Translations under genes and position numbers: made by a program
Notes under the pieces: generated by a model
What the model saw: the letters and a program-made list of their open reading frames with translations, nothing else
The model's database searches: none
What the model was told of the DNA's origin: nothing
Source: a bacterium
GTDB taxonomy: Bacteria; Margulisbacteria; Marinamargulisbacteria; JAHFDA01
Direction of reading: 5' to 3'
DNA length: 59,779 nucleotides
NCBI GenBank assembly: GCA_023249225.1
Contig: JAHFDA010000010.1
Coordinates: 1 to 59,779, forward strand
Part shown: positions 56,152-59,779 of the stretch, one piece after another
Numbering within the stretch: the stretch's first letter is position 1
Layout: each line of letters starts with the position of its first letter

Positions 56152-57510
56152 ATGCGTTTGGCTGAAATCCTACCTCCTTTAGGTGGGTCAGAAAGAAACC
56201 ATCCTCGAATTCGTGAGCTACGAGCAATCGAAAATCGATCGCCTCAAGACGAAGCTGAGCTTCGAAGCTATTGTGCCTTTCCTGACAATCCAAGTGCAAG
56301 GGATCTGTTTGTAAAGAACTATTTAACCGAGCAAGGTTTGTCGAAAATGAGCGCAGAAGAGTTGGCCGATTTGAGGGCCTTTCATCGAATACTATTTCTT
56401 CAAAATGAACTCAAAGAATTTGGTGGCATGGCCTGCTCGATTGAAGACCTTGAAAAGATGCTACTGCTGCATTTTGAGATTAACCCGTTGGCCAGCCCAC
56501 TGGAGCGTATTAATGAAATCGTTGCCAAGTTACCTAACTGCATTATTCCGGTTAACACATTGAGTGGAGCAGCCTTCGGATCTAATCCGGGAGAAGCCCT
56601 GGTTAAATTATTTTTAAAAGGAATCCACCTTATCGGAGACTGGGCGACCCAAAGAACCAATGGATGCCTAGCGATATATGAATCCATTGATTGCATACGC
56701 GATGAAGTACGTACCAAAAAATTTCTTCTCGCAATTGACAAATGTATGGCCAATCTTGCTACGCGCAGGCAAGAAAGGATCAATGTACTTGACGCAGGCT
56801 GCGGAGCCATTCCGATCATGGGAATTTATGCAGCGTTGCTAAACCCAAATGCAGCGGTTACGTGCTTGGAACTTAATCCTAAAGCTGCGCGATTTGCCAG
56901 AGCTATTGTTCATTCGCTCGGACTTCAAAAGCAAATAACCGTTGTCAACGCAGACGCGATTACCTATCGCCCGCCACAAAGCATTGATCTGCTGATATCT
57001 GAGACCATGCACAGTGGACTAATTAATGAACCCATTGTGCCGATCATGAAAAACCTGGTGAGTTTTGTGGCAGCCGATGGATTTACCTTGCCCTCTCAAA
57101 TTGAGCTTTTCGCAGGGCTAATACCCCTGAATAGCTTGACCAAGCAAATGATCTTTTACAAAAACGATCCTAGGAACTCGCGGTATTACGCCGCGGGGCC
57201 GTGGAATTCGGTGATGTACTATCAACCCGGATCAGCACTCGATGAAATTAATTTTACCATCGATATTTCCGAGCTCGAGCCAGGAATATATCTGATTTAC
57301 GTGTGCGATAGAGTTTCGCTCTTTGACGAAAGCATCGAAATTCACGACTCGCTCATCACTTCGCCGCAAAACGTTCTTGCCGATGGAAGCAACGTGCAAG
57401 ACCAAGATCCCTGGATTTTGGACTTACGTAACCGGCCATTGAATGGAAAAGTTAGAATCTCATACAAGCCAGGCGGAACACTGGTGGGCGCAGGAAGTTT
57501 TGTTCCGTAG
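56152..57510 (+). CDS. Class I SAM-dependent methyltransferase, PRMT-like C-terminal half
   Basis: DEVRT, VLDAGCG, CLELNP, VVNADA and DLLISETMHSGLINE...LPS. The start is moved downstream of the tRNA. Confidence 0.8.
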   Translation: MRLAEILPPLGGSERNHPRIRELRAIENRSPQDEAELRSYCAFPDNPSARDLFVKNYLTEQGLSKMSAEELADLRAFHRILFLQNELKEFGGMACSIEDLEKMLLLHFEINPLASPLERINEIVAKLPNCIIPVNTLSGAAFGSNPGEALVKLFLKGIHLIGDWATQRTNGCLAIYESIDCIRDEVRTKKFLLAIDKCMANLATRRQERINVLDAGCGAIPIMGIYAALLNPNAAVTCLELNPKAARFARAIVHSLGLQKQITVVNADAITYRPPQSIDLLISETMHSGLINEPIVPIMKNLVSFVAADGFTLPSQIELFAGLIPLNSLTKQMIFYKNDPRNSRYYAAGPWNSVMYYQPGSALDEINFTIDISELEPGIYLIYVCDRVSLFDESIEIHDSLITSPQNVLADGSNVQDQDPWILDLRNRPLNGKVRISYKPGGTLVGAGSFVP

Positions 57511-57629
57511 ATAAAAACTTATAGTTCAGCGGATTACCAGACTTTTGGCGATCAAAATTTATGGGATTAGGGCTGGATAGTTACTAATTCCGAAGGAAAT
57601 TAAATCTTAGTGAAATTGAAAAATAAGAT

Positions 57630-58043
57630 TTACTTTCCCCGATCCGTTATAAACCCAATCCTTGTACTCTTTGATTCAGGCGGCACCATTAACTGCCGAA
57701 TAGCTTCAAACAAAGATTGAATATGCCCATCATGGTCTTGCAGCCGAGACTCTAGTTCCGACAACTTGATGGCCAGCGTTCGATGGTTGACTAGCATCTC
57801 GCGCAGCTTGATAAATGTTTTGACTACGATTTTGCTGATTTCAATCGCCCGATTTGAGTTCAAGACATTGGCAGCCATTACCACACCATATTCAGTAAAT
57901 ACCTGAGGTAAATTGGGGGAAAATTTGAGCTTTTCAAGGTGGTCACAAATTGTGACCACCTCCTGCTTCTCTTTTTTTGTCATACGAAACATAAACTCCG
58001 ACGAAAACCGATCTTGATTACGTTTAACAGACGGGTTTAACAT
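57630..58043 (-). pseudogene. N-terminally truncated ORF6N-domain gene
   Basis: Begins at LNPSVKRNQDRFSSEFMFRM and contains VFTEYGVVMAANVLNS. The upstream in-frame remnant SELSTIYGM is cut off by two stops. Confidence 0.7.
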
Positions 58044-58116
58044 TTAAAGTCATACACAAAAAGACATCACTAAACTCAAGCTAAATACCATGCCATATAT
58101 CGTTGAAAGCTCTGAC

Positions 58117-58869
58117 TTATTCCCGTCTTTGTTGCAGTTTCATGAGCAGGCGCAAGATTTCTATATAAAGCCATACCAACGTCACCAAAAGGCCAAAACC
58201 AGCGTACCACTCCATGTATTTAGGTAGCCCTTGTTCACTGGCGGTTTCAATAAAATCAAAATCCAAGACCAGATTCAGTGCGGCCACCACCACCACAAAC
58301 AAGCTAAAAATAATGCCAATGGGGCCGCTGGAGTGCAGCATGGGTATCTGAACCCCAAACATGCCAATCACCATGGACACCAGGTAAAAAAGCGCCAGTC
58401 CCCCGGTGGCAGCCACCACACCCAGCTTAAAGTTTTCGGTGGCTTTAATCAGGCCGCTGCGGTAAGCCATCAGCAGGCCAGCCAGCGTGCCAAAAGTAAT
58501 TGTGACTGCCTGAATGGCAAGGCCCGGATACAGGGCATCCACACTGGCCGAAAAAGCACCCAGAAACAAGCCTTCAAACACGGCATACACGGGCGCGGTT
58601 ACCGGGGACCATTCTTTTTTAAAGATCGTCACCAGAGCAGCGATAAAAGCAATGATGGCCCCACCTAATGTCAGCAGCGTCATGGGGCCAGCAGCCAACT
58701 GGCCGTAACTGACCCACGCAGCGGCAGCCGTGAGCAAAATTAAAAAGCCAGTCTTGTTGACCGTGCCTGCCAGCGTCATGACCTGGTTGTCAGCAGCAGA
58801 ATCAGGGGTCAGTATGCGCGCGCCTTTAAAGGCATTCTCGTTAAGCGCCGGGTTAGCGGTACGGATCAT
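58117..58869 (-). CDS. Bax inhibitor-1/YccA-family membrane protein
   Basis: RTANPAL, MTLAGTVNKT, LVLDFDFIE and EWYAGFGLLVTLVWLYIEILRLL. Confidence 0.93.
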   Translation of the reverse strand: MIRTANPALNENAFKGARILTPDSAADNQVMTLAGTVNKTGFLILLTAAAAWVSYGQLAAGPMTLLTLGGAIIAFIAALVTIFKKEWSPVTAPVYAVFEGLFLGAFSASVDALYPGLAIQAVTITFGTLAGLLMAYRSGLIKATENFKLGVVAATGGLALFYLVSMVIGMFGVQIPMLHSSGPIGIIFSLFVVVVAALNLVLDFDFIETASEQGLPKYMEWYAGFGLLVTLVWLYIEILRLLMKLQQRRE

Positions 58870-58920
58870 GGATAAACCTCCTGCTTAGTTTTCACTATTA
58901 TAATCTACGCTGGTTTCTGA

Positions 58921-59703
58921 TCAGTGGATGAGTTGGTAGCACAGCGAACGCAGGCGCCGTCGCAACATACGCAGCTCAAACCACAGCCGACCACGCCACT
59001 GTTGGCTGACATACGCCACAGAATCACCGCTGGGGATCCACGGGTACTGTTCCTGACAAAGCTTAAATATGCGTTCGGCAATGGCTTCGGTTGTCAGGGT
59101 ATCGCGCGTCACAGGGCCGTGCATGCGGGTGTTCATGCCGCCGGGATTAAAAGCATAGACCCGGATGGGGTAGCCTTTTTCGCGGAATTCGTAGCCCATT
59201 GATTGTGCCAAACCATTTTGAGCAAACTTCACGGCTGCATAACCGGCATGTTCCGCTGCGCCAATCAGGCCAAAGACCGAGCCCACAAACACCACGCAAC
59301 CGGAGCCATGCTTCATAAACTCGGGTAATACGGTTTGCGTGATTTGCACGGGAGCGCCTACGCCCACAGTCCAGGCATTTTGCAAGGCCTTTAACGAGAG
59401 ATCTTGTGCAAAGGATTGGCAGCGTTCGGCGGCGTTATGAATCAGCACCTGGGGCTGATCCAGTTGTTTGATCTTTGCGCAAAGCAAGTCTACGTCGGCT
59501 GCCTGTGACAGGTCGCAGCGTAGAACCAAACAGTCTACGTGATTTTGAGTGAGTGCTGTTTTTAATCCTTCCAAAGCGGCAGAGTCACGGCCAAACGTAA
59601 AAATGTTAAAACCGGCTTGCGCGAAATGCAGGCACAGGGCTTTGCCAAGCCCCCGCCCCCCGCCCGAGATGATTGCCCACGGTCGAACCAAGTTAAAAAT
59701 CAT
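58921..59703 (-). CDS. Short-chain dehydrogenase/reductase
   Basis: SGGGRGLG, HNAA, YAAVK and NPGGMNT. Confidence 0.92.
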   Translation of the reverse strand: MIFNLVRPWAIISGGGRGLGKALCLHFAQAGFNIFTFGRDSAALEGLKTALTQNHVDCLVLRCDLSQAADVDLLCAKIKQLDQPQVLIHNAAERCQSFAQDLSLKALQNAWTVGVGAPVQITQTVLPEFMKHGSGCVVFVGSVFGLIGAAEHAGYAAVKFAQNGLAQSMGYEFREKGYPIRVYAFNPGGMNTRMHGPVTRDTLTTEAIAERIFKLCQEQYPWIPSGDSVAYVSQQWRGRLWFELRMLRRRLRSLCYQLIH

Positions 59704-59779
59704 TGTATGCTTTTAGGGTGAACCCGAGTCAAATTAATATTTCGGTGATCATCCCAGCGTATAACGAAGAAAAAGATCT

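Noticed and set aside
1-59779. CRISPR array, cas genes, rRNA, prophage, reverse transcriptase/retron or intact IS
   Set aside because: No regularly spaced repeats or diagnostic protein motifs were found by reading the sequence and ORF track.

Overview
Bacterial chromosomal window of moderate GC with several AT-rich intergenic patches. Housekeeping genes include metH, an arfB-like release factor, aroE, nadC, two uracil-DNA glycosylases, xerC/D-tlyA-recN-glmS, the carboxynorspermidine dehydrogenase/nspC pair and ppnP. RNA genes are tRNA-Ile2(CAU), tRNA-Val(GAC) and tmRNA. Many small accessory modules are interleaved: mobile-mystery A/B, VapBC, two RelE-type toxin-antitoxin pairs, AbiEi plus an AbiEii-WYL fusion, a stand-alone Fic protein, three AAA/ATPase genes plus one fragment, and two ORF6N genes. 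I saw no CRISPR array, prophage or intact transposon. Best candidates for new biology: (1) a GAF-like/LuxI-FeeM-like acyltransferase translationally coupled to a membrane GAF-PAS histidine kinase, possibly a signal synthase/receptor pair; (2) a 1623-aa protein with a permuted and a second GHKL ATPase module plus a C-terminal HExxH; (3) the same DNA palindrome at an equivalent position inside both ORF6N genes but read in different frames; (4) a palindromic element translated in-frame inside a family-5 UDG; (5) a 20-bp motif shared just upstream of two orphan genes. All family calls come from motifs recognised by eye; no searches were run.
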